Shown: piece after piece, positions 1 through 8,292 of the stretch
How the letters are laid out: the number at the start of each line of letters is the position of its first letter
How positions within the stretch are numbered: position 1 is the first letter of the stretch
Source: Candidatus Latescibacterota bacterium
GTDB lineage: Bacteria > Latescibacterota > UBA2968
Direction of reading: 5' to 3'
NCBI GenBank assembly: GCA_038279365.1
Contig: JAYODI010000039.1
Span: 28,756-48,359, forward strand
DNA: 19,604 nucleotides
Program-made: the position numbers and the translations under genes
Notes under the pieces: model-generated
What the model saw: only the letters and a program-made list of their open reading frames with translations
Database searches by the model: none
Told to the model about the DNA's origin: nothing

Positions 1-74
1 TTCGTAGATTACTCGCTACGCTCGTTGTAGCCTACGGCTGTGCGTAGATTCGCTTCTTCTCTGCTTCGTAAATT
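1..74. repeat. Short REP-like/low-complexity repeat stretch at window edge
   Basis: CGTAGATT at 3-10 and 43-50, CGTAAATT at 67-74, mini-hairpin AGCC-TAC-GGCT; may be truncated by the window edge. Confidence 0.3.
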
Positions 75-76
75 CT

Positions 77-2293
77 TTGGAGGCAACTGTGGTTTCTGTA
101 GCCGATTTTGAAGCGCGATTGGAGGGGTTGGATGTGAGTTTGTTTGATGCCATTTTATCTGGCACGAGTGAACAAGACCGCCTGGCCCTTTTGGAGTTAC
201 AACGCGCTGTACGTGAAGCATTTGGAGCGTATGTGTATTTGGAAATTGGATCTCATTTGGGTGGGAGTATTCAACCTCATTTGATTGATCCGCGCTGTTC
301 GAAAATTTACTCCATTGACAAACGCCCAGCCGAACAGCCCGATGAACGCGGGATTTCATTTCCTTATCCCAATAATTCAACACAAAAAATGCTGAAATTG
401 CTTGAAAATGTGTCGGCTGAAGATATGCATAAGATTGTGACAATAGATGCCGATGCCAGTGAAATTGATCCTGCACAGATTGATGTGGCGCCTCAATTTT
501 GTTTTATAGATGGTGAACACACCAACCGTGCCGTGATTTCTGATTTTGAATTTTGCTATAAAATTTGTGCGCCCAATGCCCTGATTGTTTTTCACGATGT
601 GAATATTGTAGGAGAAGGCGTGAAGGCCATTTTGCGTACGTTGCAAGAAAAAGGGATTAAACACTCTGCAGTTCATGTGGGTGGTGTGGTGTTTGCCATT
701 GGTTTGGGCGATGTCGAATTGTCTCATCCATCACAAGTGGATGCGATGCCAACAGATCAAGTGGACACCGAGCAGGGCAATTGGGTTTTGGAACCCGACC
801 CCATTAGTTTGGCCGCACAAATGCGCCATGTTTTTGACAATGTGGCACAGGCACGTGAGAAAGGCCGCCAAGGCAGTGTGTATGTGAAGGATCACTTAAC
901 GTGGGGGCATGCGGCAGAGAAAGTTCAAAATAGATTGTATGCTTTACGCGAAAAACCAATTCGACGTGAAATGACTTTGGATAACCAGGTTTCTTTGGGT
1001 GGTAAGCCTGCACCTGTTGCAGAAAAGGTCAAAACCGCTGTTTTTGTTTGGTCTCGCGGAAGTAGTTTGGACCGCTGCCAGGAAGCCATAAAACGATTTA
1101 CTCTGTCTGCATTTCGCGTGCAGGTGTTAGAAGGTGAGTTTTGGGCGCAGGCATTAAATGTGCAGTTGGGTGATTTGCAAGAAGACTATGTTGCAGTTGT
1201 GCGCGATGATGTGGTGGTGACCGAAAATTGGTTGTCTGGTTTAACCGATTATTTGGATGCCCAATCCGATGTTGCTGTGATTGTGCCCCGATTACCTGTG
1301 GCAGATGGCCCTCAATTTGCCAAATCGAAATATAAGAGTGTGAAGCGTGAATTGCAGCGTTTTGCAAAGCGCTTCCACACACAAGAAAAACATGAATTGG
1401 TTGACGTGACCGATGTGGAACCGGTTTGTGTGGTGGTTCGCACCGATGTGTTGCGGTTGTTTGGCGGATTTGATGCTGGGTTTCAAACGCCCAGTTTTTG
1501 GGCTGATTTTGTGCGCAGATGTCAACAAACACACCGCCGTGTGGTGTGTGCACCCGATGTGTTTGTGCATTGTGATGTCACTGATGTCACACAGGCCGAA
1601 TCAGATGAACTTCGGGCAGTTAAAAGCCTGATTGCGGGAGATGCTTGTCGTGCAGAAGGGGATGCAGAAGGGGCACTGTCGTGTTATAAAGAGGCATTGG
1701 ATGCCAAGCCAGATTATTTGGAAGCGGCCTTAATTTATTCGGCTGTTTTATTGGAAAAAAATCGTCCAACCGAGGCAGCTGATATTTTTGAAGATTTGGT
1801 GGCCAAACACCCAGAATCCTCGCGATTGCGAAACTATTTGGGACGTTGTTTGTTTATGGCCGGAAAAAGAGCAGAGAGTCAGGTTGCGTTTGAAAAAGCC
1901 ATTGAACTGGATGCCAACTTTGGTGAGGCATATAGCAATTTGGCTGTGTTGTTGTGGGAAGATGGGGCCTTAGACAATGCCTTAGATATGATGAACCGCG
2001 CCGCAGAATTGTCACCACAAAGCCCAGATGTGATTTATAACATCGGGATGATTTATGCACAACTTGGACAAGGCAAGATGGCCATGGAGATGTTGCAACA
2101 CTATTTAACCTTGTCACCCAATGATTTGCATGCCAAAACCTATTTGGCTGTTTTGGCGCTGGAAAATGGCAAAGAACAAGAAGGTGTGACCCAGTTGGAA
2201 GAGGTGTTGTCTGTTGATCCTGAACACCCTGAGGCTTTGCGCGTGTTAGGCGATTTGCAAGCCGCAGTTGATGAGGCCGATACGGATGGCTAA
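77..2293 (+). CDS. Multidomain protein: class I SAM methyltransferase (Methyltransf_24-like) + GT4 C-terminal remnant + degenerate GT2-like domain + TPR repeats
   Basis: YLEIGSHLGGS and FIDGEHT methyltransferase motifs; WVLEPD...LTWGHAAEKV resembles GT-B C-terminal helices; DDVVVTENWL...GGFD...DVFVH is GT2-like; C-terminal TPR patterns (AYSNLAV, VIYNIGMIY). TTG start uncertain (in-frame stop at 5-7, no clear SD). Confidence 0.8.
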   Translation: MEATVVSVADFEARLEGLDVSLFDAILSGTSEQDRLALLELQRAVREAFGAYVYLEIGSHLGGSIQPHLIDPRCSKIYSIDKRPAEQPDERGISFPYPNNSTQKMLKLLENVSAEDMHKIVTIDADASEIDPAQIDVAPQFCFIDGEHTNRAVISDFEFCYKICAPNALIVFHDVNIVGEGVKAILRTLQEKGIKHSAVHVGGVVFAIGLGDVELSHPSQVDAMPTDQVDTEQGNWVLEPDPISLAAQMRHVFDNVAQAREKGRQGSVYVKDHLTWGHAAEKVQNRLYALREKPIRREMTLDNQVSLGGKPAPVAEKVKTAVFVWSRGSSLDRCQEAIKRFTLSAFRVQVLEGEFWAQALNVQLGDLQEDYVAVVRDDVVVTENWLSGLTDYLDAQSDVAVIVPRLPVADGPQFAKSKYKSVKRELQRFAKRFHTQEKHELVDVTDVEPVCVVVRTDVLRLFGGFDAGFQTPSFWADFVRRCQQTHRRVVCAPDVFVHCDVTDVTQAESDELRAVKSLIAGDACRAEGDAEGALSCYKEALDAKPDYLEAALIYSAVLLEKNRPTEAADIFEDLVAKHPESSRLRNYLGRCLFMAGKRAESQVAFEKAIELDANFGEAYSNLAVLLWEDGALDNALDMMNRAAELSPQSPDVIYNIGMIYAQLGQGKMAMEMLQHYLTLSPNDLHAKTYLAVLALENGKEQEGVTQLEEVLSVDPEHPEALRVLGDLQAAVDEADTDG

Positions 2294-2819
2294 TGGGGTT
2301 CATTTTCAAGGCAAGCGCGTGAGTTTGGGGCCATTTGAGGATGATTTTTGGCACGTGGGCTTGGTTTGGTATAATGACCCAGAGATCATCGCCATGACAT
2401 CGGATGACCCCAACCCACTTACAGAAGAACAGTTTCGGGATATGATTCAAGTGGACTTGGATCATGCAAATTCGGTGGTCATGGGCGTTCGGAACGAGCG
2501 TGATCAGCCAATTGGTGTAGGCATGTTGCGGCATATTGATGGATTACACAAAGGGTGTGAGTTGCATATCACCATTGGTGAAAAAGACCATTGGGGCAAA
2601 GGATATGGCACGGAAGCCATTGGCTTGATGCGCGATTATGCATTTGTGGGTTTGGAACTCCATCGGGTTATATCTACGCCTTTTGCTCACAATACGCGCA
2701 TGATCCGCAGTTTGGAAAAATGTGGGTTTGAGCGTGAAGGGGTGTTGCGTGATGCACTTTGGATTCAAGGGGCATTTACGGATGTGGTGATTATGGCGAT
2801 GTTGAATAAGGCGGGATAG
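2286..2819 (+). CDS. GNAT N-acetyltransferase, RimJ/RimL type
   Basis: Acetyl-CoA motif HWGKGYGTEA, N..MIRSLEKCGF..EG.LR; ATG at 2286 overlaps the upstream gene by 8 nt and follows GAGG (preferred to 2268). Confidence 0.88.
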   Translation: MANGVHFQGKRVSLGPFEDDFWHVGLVWYNDPEIIAMTSDDPNPLTEEQFRDMIQVDLDHANSVVMGVRNERDQPIGVGMLRHIDGLHKGCELHITIGEKDHWGKGYGTEAIGLMRDYAFVGLELHRVISTPFAHNTRMIRSLEKCGFEREGVLRDALWIQGAFTDVVIMAMLNKAG

Positions 2820-2924
2820 GCAAACGGCAAACGGCAAACGAATCAATTGTGGGATTTGATTGCGTGATAGGTTTTATGGATTTTAAAGATTTCACATTTG
2901 GCGTTTCACATTTGGCATTTCACA
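2819..2924. repeat. Two heptamer tandem arrays in roughly inverted orientation
   Basis: (GGCAAAC)x3 at 2819-2839; TTTCACA-TTTGGCG-TTTCACA-TTTGGCA-TTTCACA at 2890-2924. Confidence 0.75.
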
Positions 2925-2970
2925 GATGTTATATTTGCCGTTTTACTGATTTCAGATGGATTAAAAGTTT

Positions 2971-5900
2971 ATGAAACGAAAAAAACAAAAGACCTCAAAT
3001 AAACGACGCAATACGCACACCCATCAACCGACTTTGTCACTTTGTATGATCGCAAAAGACGAAGCCGGTTTTTTGCGTCAGTGTTTGGCTTCGGTGAAGG
3101 GGTTGGTGGATGAGGTTGTGGTTGGAGATACGGGGTCTTTAGATGATACAAAAGCTGTGGCAACACAAGCAGGTGCGGTGGTGATAGATGTGCCTTGGAC
3201 AGGAGATTTTGCAAAGGCACGCAATGCGGTGTTGGAACGGGCAACCGGTGACTGGATATTGATTTTGGATTGTGATGAGGTGTTGGCTAAAAAAGATCAT
3301 GCAGTTGTTCGCAAAGCGATTGCTTCCAATCGTGCAATGGGTTATCGGATGACCACGCGCAATTATGTGGAGGCCGGTAATCGGGTGGGGTGGGAAAGTT
3401 GCTTGGGGCATTATGCAGAAGAAAAAACGTATTTGGGGTGGTTTCCAACCACAAAAGTGCGGTTGTTTCAAAATGATGCACATATTCGCTTTGAGGGTGC
3501 TGTGCATGAATTGGTCGAGGACACAATCAAAGAAATGGGTGGCACAATCGGAGATTTGACTGCGCCAGTTCATCATTATGGATATGTGGAAAAAGATCGC
3601 CCCAATGAATTGTATGCGGAAGCGGCGATTCAAAAGACAGAGACCGACCCCGAAAACCCCAACGCATTTTATGAGTTGGCACTCTCTTTGCGCGATGTGG
3701 ATGACTTGACGGGTGCAAAACAAGCCATTGAGCGGTGTATTGAATTGATTCAAATGGGTCACAAAACGACGAGTGATTATTTGCAGTTGGATTTTGTGTA
3801 TCTGGTGCAAGGAGATATCCTGGGCAAGTTAAATGACCTTGTGGGTGAAGAAGCGGCTTATTTATGTGCTTTGGATGTCAACCCACAGAGTTATCAGGCT
3901 TTGAATAATTTGGGCACGCTGAAACAGCGATCGGATGATTTGGATATGGCGTTGGATTATTATGAACAAGCACTTGCACTTGCCCCCAAGGTGGCGACCA
4001 TTCGAGAAAACGTGCGCAGAGTAAATGAAATGGCAAAGCGTAAGGTGGAAACGGCAAACGGCAAAGGGAAAATGGCAAATGAGGTGCGTGTTCACCAAGG
4101 TGAAAAGCAGAAGGGTGGGCGTTTGACGTTGTGCATGATTGCCAAGAATGAAGGCCATCGCATTGGTAAGTGTTTGGAGAGTGTGCAGGGTTTGGTGGAT
4201 GAGATTGTGGTGGTGGATACGGGGTCTACGGACAATACGCTTGAGGTGGTGGCACAATATGGTGCCAAGACGGGTTATTTTGAGTGGTGTGATGATTTTT
4301 CTGCTGCGCGCAATGTGTCGTTGTCTTTGGCTACGGGTGATTGGATTATGTGGTTGGACCCCGATGACGTGTTGCCCAAAGATTGTCATGCCAAAATAAG
4401 AGAAGTGATGCGGAAGGGGTTGGGCAAAAAGAAAGCCTATTATTGGGTTTTGGATGATCGTGGGTTTGAGCCTGTGCGTTGTTTGCAAATGCGATTGTTT
4501 CCCAACTTGCCGGGCGTGAAATTTACAATGCCCATTCATGAGCAAGTTACACCCTCTTTGGCAGATATTGGGGTGACGTGTGAAGTGACCGATATCCGTG
4601 TGGAACACTATGGGTATTCGTCACCTGAGGTGGTGAAGGAAAAACAAAATCGGTATTTGGGCATTATTGAGTCGTGGTTAAAAAAACACCCCGATGATTA
4701 TATTGTGCGGTCACATGCGGCGATGACGTATTACATTCAGGGCAAATTGGATCAGGCGATTTTGGCATATCGTCACATTTTGGATGACGGACACGCGCGC
4801 AAAGATCGGAACCTCGTGATTGAAACAACCGCCAAGTTGTATTTGGGACGTTGTTTTATGCGCAAAAAAGACTATGAAACGGCTTTGCCCCATTTGTTGG
4901 AAGCTCAAAAGTTAGATGATCAATATACGATTACTTTGCTGACATTGGGTGAGTGTTATACCCGAATGGGCCGTCATCAGGATGCATTGGTTGCATTGGA
5001 TCGGGCCCTTCAATTTGAAGATCAGGTGACCTTTAGTGCAACGGATATGACGGCGGGTAAATATTCCATTCGGTTTTTTAAGGGACAAAACTTAGAAGCC
5101 CTTGAGCGTATGGATGAGGCGGTTGTGTGGTATGAAAAAGCGGCAGAAGCCAGCCCGCGACATGGCGATGCCTTGGGGCGTTTGTCAGGTGTATATCGCC
5201 AACTTGGCCAACGCGAAAAAGCGATTGAGGCGATAGATGAGGCATTAAAACGCGACCCAGAAAATGCACAGCATCGGTTTAATCGGGGCACGTTTTACTT
5301 GGAATTGGGTGAAGAAACAGAAGCTGTTCGTTGGTTTAAAAATGCATTGGAAATTAACCCCGATATGCCCGAACCATATTTGAACATGGGGTATGTGATG
5401 CGGCGGCGGGGCGATTTGAAAACGGCAGAAGAGATGTATGCGCATGCTGTGGAACGAAGTAGTGAGAGTGGTTATGAAGCCCATGCCAATTATGCACATT
5501 TGTTGTTGGATCAGGCACGTTATGATGAGGCAGATGCCTTGCTTGTGGATGTGCAAAAACGCAAGCCCAATTTAACGGATATTTTATTGGGCTTGTGTGT
5601 CACGCGTGCTCACAAAGGGCAAATGGCAGATGTGCGGGAGTTGATAGGCCCTATTTTCAATACGGTGTATGGTGGGGCGCTGAATATGGCCATTCCAAAA
5701 GAGGCGGGTGCTGTTGATTTGGCAGTGCTTTTGAGTGAATGTGGCAATATGTTGCTTCAGCAAAAGCAGGGCGTATGCGCCCGATTGGCTTTTTTGGCGG
5801 CTTATGAATTAAATAAATCACCGGAGAACATGATACAATTGGCCGATATATACAAAAGAACGGGAGATATGTGGAAAGCTGTGGAGGTGTATGAATCTCT

Positions 5901-6021
5901 GATACGGTTGCAGCCCACCAACCCCGATCTCTTTCGGCAATTGGGTCAATGTTATCGCGCCATTGGCAGTGAAGAGTCTGCGCAAATGTGTGACGCGCAA
6001 GTGCAAGCATTGACAAAATAG
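2971..6021 (+). CDS. Double GT2-TPR glycosyltransferase (GT2-TPR-GT2-TPR), probable flagellin O-glycosyltransferase
   Basis: Two modules starting LSLCMIAKDE / LTLCMIAKNE with DTGS.D, DF..ARN, DxD (LDCDE, LDPDD), HE and HYGY motifs, each followed by TPRs; flagellin target inferred from context. Confidence 0.9.
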   Translation: MKRKKQKTSNKRRNTHTHQPTLSLCMIAKDEAGFLRQCLASVKGLVDEVVVGDTGSLDDTKAVATQAGAVVIDVPWTGDFAKARNAVLERATGDWILILDCDEVLAKKDHAVVRKAIASNRAMGYRMTTRNYVEAGNRVGWESCLGHYAEEKTYLGWFPTTKVRLFQNDAHIRFEGAVHELVEDTIKEMGGTIGDLTAPVHHYGYVEKDRPNELYAEAAIQKTETDPENPNAFYELALSLRDVDDLTGAKQAIERCIELIQMGHKTTSDYLQLDFVYLVQGDILGKLNDLVGEEAAYLCALDVNPQSYQALNNLGTLKQRSDDLDMALDYYEQALALAPKVATIRENVRRVNEMAKRKVETANGKGKMANEVRVHQGEKQKGGRLTLCMIAKNEGHRIGKCLESVQGLVDEIVVVDTGSTDNTLEVVAQYGAKTGYFEWCDDFSAARNVSLSLATGDWIMWLDPDDVLPKDCHAKIREVMRKGLGKKKAYYWVLDDRGFEPVRCLQMRLFPNLPGVKFTMPIHEQVTPSLADIGVTCEVTDIRVEHYGYSSPEVVKEKQNRYLGIIESWLKKHPDDYIVRSHAAMTYYIQGKLDQAILAYRHILDDGHARKDRNLVIETTAKLYLGRCFMRKKDYETALPHLLEAQKLDDQYTITLLTLGECYTRMGRHQDALVALDRALQFEDQVTFSATDMTAGKYSIRFFKGQNLEALERMDEAVVWYEKAAEASPRHGDALGRLSGVYRQLGQREKAIEAIDEALKRDPENAQHRFNRGTFYLELGEETEAVRWFKNALEINPDMPEPYLNMGYVMRRRGDLKTAEEMYAHAVERSSESGYEAHANYAHLLLDQARYDEADALLVDVQKRKPNLTDILLGLCVTRAHKGQMADVRELIGPIFNTVYGGALNMAIPKEAGAVDLAVLLSECGNMLLQQKQGVCARLAFLAAYELNKSPENMIQLADIYKRTGDMWKAVEVYESLIRLQPTNPDLFRQLGQCYRAIGSEESAQMCDAQVQALTK

Positions 6022-6041
6022 GGGTTTAGGATCGCTGATTC

Positions 6042-6150
6042 AATAACGTGATATATTAGGAAGATGGAAGAAGAGAAAAGAAAGAAGAAACAATCGCGAT
6101 TTTTCTTCTCCCTTCTTTCCGCTTTCTTCTGCCCAAATACACACGTTATT
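6042..6150. repeat. ~109-bp imperfect palindrome (purine arm / pyrimidine arm)
   Basis: AATAACGTG (6042-6050) pairs with CACGTTATT (6142-6150); central palindrome AATCGCGATT (6092-6101) flanked by AGAAGAAA / TTTCTTCT. Confidence 0.7.
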
Positions 6151-6229
6151 TTGTTCCCTTTCTTTAACTACCGTGTTAGCAGGTAAGCTAACAGTTGTCG
6201 AACTCACGGATGGGTTCTGGAGGTAGCTT

Positions 6230-7780
6230 ATGGCACACCCTTTTTTGTTGCGCCAAAAAGGCCAAGATGTTCGGCCTATTTGTTTGATTATTCCGCCATC
6301 GCCATTTTTGTTGGATGAGCGCGTTTTTATGTCTTTGGGTATTTTGCGCGTGGCGGCGGTGTTGGAGCAAGCGGGTTTGCCCGTGGAAGTGGTGGATTTG
6401 TCGGGCGTTGAAAATTTTGATGAAGCCATTCGCGATCATGTGGCCCAAACCGATGCGCAGGTGTTTGGGTTTACGGCAACCACGCCCCAAATGCCTGCGG
6501 TAAAAGTGCTTCGTGATGTGGTGCGAAATGAACGGCCCGATGCAAAGTTGATTTTGGGTGGGCCGCATATCACATTGGTGCATGCGGCGGTTCGCAGAGA
6601 AAACAAAAAGAACAGATTGGGGCGCGCCACGAAGGCACTCACGCATCTTAAGAGTTTGTTTGATGTGTTGGTGGCAGGTGATGGTGAGGTGGCTATTTTT
6701 GCGGCTTTGGATGAAAATGCCCCGCAAGTGATTGATGCCGATGATCCCAAGACCGATTTGTTTTTGACCAATGCAGGGCTTGAAGCCTTACCTTTTCCGG
6801 CTCGCAATTTGGTGGATGTAGACAGTTATCATTATAAAATTGAGGGCACACCTGCGATGAGTTTGATTGCGCAATTGGGGTGCCCTTTTGCGTGTGGGTT
6901 TTGTGGGGGGCGAGAGTCGGCCATGTTGCGGCGCATTCGCACGCGGTCTACGGCTTCGGTTGTGGAAGAAGTTGTTCACTTACACCGCACGTATGGCATG
7001 ACAGGGTTTATGTTTTATGACGATGAATTGAATGTGAACCCGCAAATGGTTGGGCTGATGAATGAACTTTCGCGTGTTCAAACCGAATTGGGTGTTGAAT
7101 TTCGATTGCGTGGGTTTGTTAAGGCCGAATTGTTTACCGATGAACAGGCCGAGGCGATGTATCGGGCGGGGTTTCGGTGGATCTTGACGGGGTTTGAATC
7201 GGGGGCGCCTAAGATTTTGGAGAACATCAATAAAAAGGCCACACGTGAAGACAATTCGCGGTGTGTGGCGATTGCGCGCCGACACGGATTAAAAGTGAAA
7301 GCATTGATGTCGTTGAGCCACCCTGGTGAATCGCATGAAACGGCCATGGAGACACACGCGTGGTTGTTGGAAGCCAAACCCGATGACTTTGATGTGACGA
7401 TTATCACCACGTATCCGGGCACACCGTATTATGACCATGCCGAACCGCATTCTGAGGGCGTGTGGGTTTATACGTGCCCGAAGAGTGGTGATAAGTTGTA
7501 TGCCGATGAGGTGGACTATACATTGGTGGCTGATTATTATAAAGGTGATCCCGATGGCGGATATCAGGCTTTTGTGTTTACCGATGATTTAAAACGCGAA
7601 GATTTGGTGCGTTTGCGCGATTTTATTGAGCGCGATGTGAGAAAACAGTTGGGCATTCAATTTAATGCGGGTGCCGCCGCAATTCGGTATGAGCACTCCA
7701 TGGGGCAGACGGGACCGTTGCCGAGTCATTTGTTGCGCAAATCTGAATCTGATGGGGTGAGGATGGTGGCATCTGTTTAG
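6230..7780 (+). CDS. Cobalamin (B12)-binding domain radical SAM protein
   Basis: N-terminal SLGILRVAAVL...LILGGPHIT...GDGE B12-binding signature; CxxxCxxC as GCPFACGFC; FYDD, GFESG, YPGTPYY motifs; SD GGAGG at 6219-6223. Confidence 0.92.
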   Translation: MAHPFLLRQKGQDVRPICLIIPPSPFLLDERVFMSLGILRVAAVLEQAGLPVEVVDLSGVENFDEAIRDHVAQTDAQVFGFTATTPQMPAVKVLRDVVRNERPDAKLILGGPHITLVHAAVRRENKKNRLGRATKALTHLKSLFDVLVAGDGEVAIFAALDENAPQVIDADDPKTDLFLTNAGLEALPFPARNLVDVDSYHYKIEGTPAMSLIAQLGCPFACGFCGGRESAMLRRIRTRSTASVVEEVVHLHRTYGMTGFMFYDDELNVNPQMVGLMNELSRVQTELGVEFRLRGFVKAELFTDEQAEAMYRAGFRWILTGFESGAPKILENINKKATREDNSRCVAIARRHGLKVKALMSLSHPGESHETAMETHAWLLEAKPDDFDVTIITTYPGTPYYDHAEPHSEGVWVYTCPKSGDKLYADEVDYTLVADYYKGDPDGGYQAFVFTDDLKREDLVRLRDFIERDVRKQLGIQFNAGAAAIRYEHSMGQTGPLPSHLLRKSESDGVRMVASV

Positions 7781-7797
7781 CGCATTTTGTAAGAGCT

Positions 7798-7846
7798 AAA
7801 AATAAAAAAAGCGTGATCTCTATAGATCACGCTTTTTTTATTTTTT
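7798..7846. terminator. Rho-independent, likely bidirectional terminator
   Basis: Perfect 22-bp inverted repeat AAAAATAAAAAAAGCGTGATCT-CTAT-AGATCACGCTTTTTTTATTTTT just after the radical SAM stop. Confidence 0.9.
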
Positions 7847-8276
7847 GATCATTTGTAGCTACAATTATGGACAATATTGCAAAAAATACTTACGAATATC
7901 GATAAGAGCGAATATTTGGTTGATGGTGCTGAGGGCAGTTTGGACAGTAAATGTACTTGATAGTTTTGTTTTTGATCATGCACAAATGATGGTCAATGTT
8001 TCGTTTTAGGTTTTGAAGGATGGTCTTTGGGAGAAATAATATCGTTTTAGCCGTATATGGAAAATGTGTTGCGATATTGCGGAAGGGCAGATATTTGGCC
8101 CGTCCGCTTTTTGTTTGGGGTAATCTATGATGTATTTATGGCATTGGTTTTTTTGAAGGAGCGGAAAAAAATATCCTACTCTGATTTTGTGGTTATTCAA
8201 GATTGCAATTTGAAATTGGGTGTAAGTTGTTGTTATGATTTGATTTGTGGTGAATGTTGGGCCGTGTGGTCCAATA

Positions 8277-8292
8277 TGGCATACCCATTGCT
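8277..8292 (+). promoter_or_regulatory. sigma54 (-24/-12) promoter for flagellin 1
   Basis: TGGCAT-ACCCA-TTGCT, exact GG-N10-GC spacing, about 127 nt before the ATG. Confidence 0.75.

Noticed and set aside
2286..2819. Naming the GNAT as pseH
   Set aside because: Context is suggestive, but no other pseudaminic acid genes are in the window and motifs are generic RimJ/RimL.
6010..6040. TTGACA at 6010-6015 as a sigma70 promoter
   Set aside because: No -10 box at 16-18 nt spacing; lies in the last codons of the GT gene.
9..7422. Many minus-strand and off-frame ORFs over the modification genes (e.g. 1854-2534, 3139-3810, 3862-4608)
   Set aside because: Shadow ORFs overlapping well-supported CDSs, with no recognisable motifs.
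7879..7905. GCAA-N15-ATCGATAA sigma28-like match
   Set aside because: Both boxes degenerate and over 500 nt from the next gene; cannot be excluded but too weak to call.
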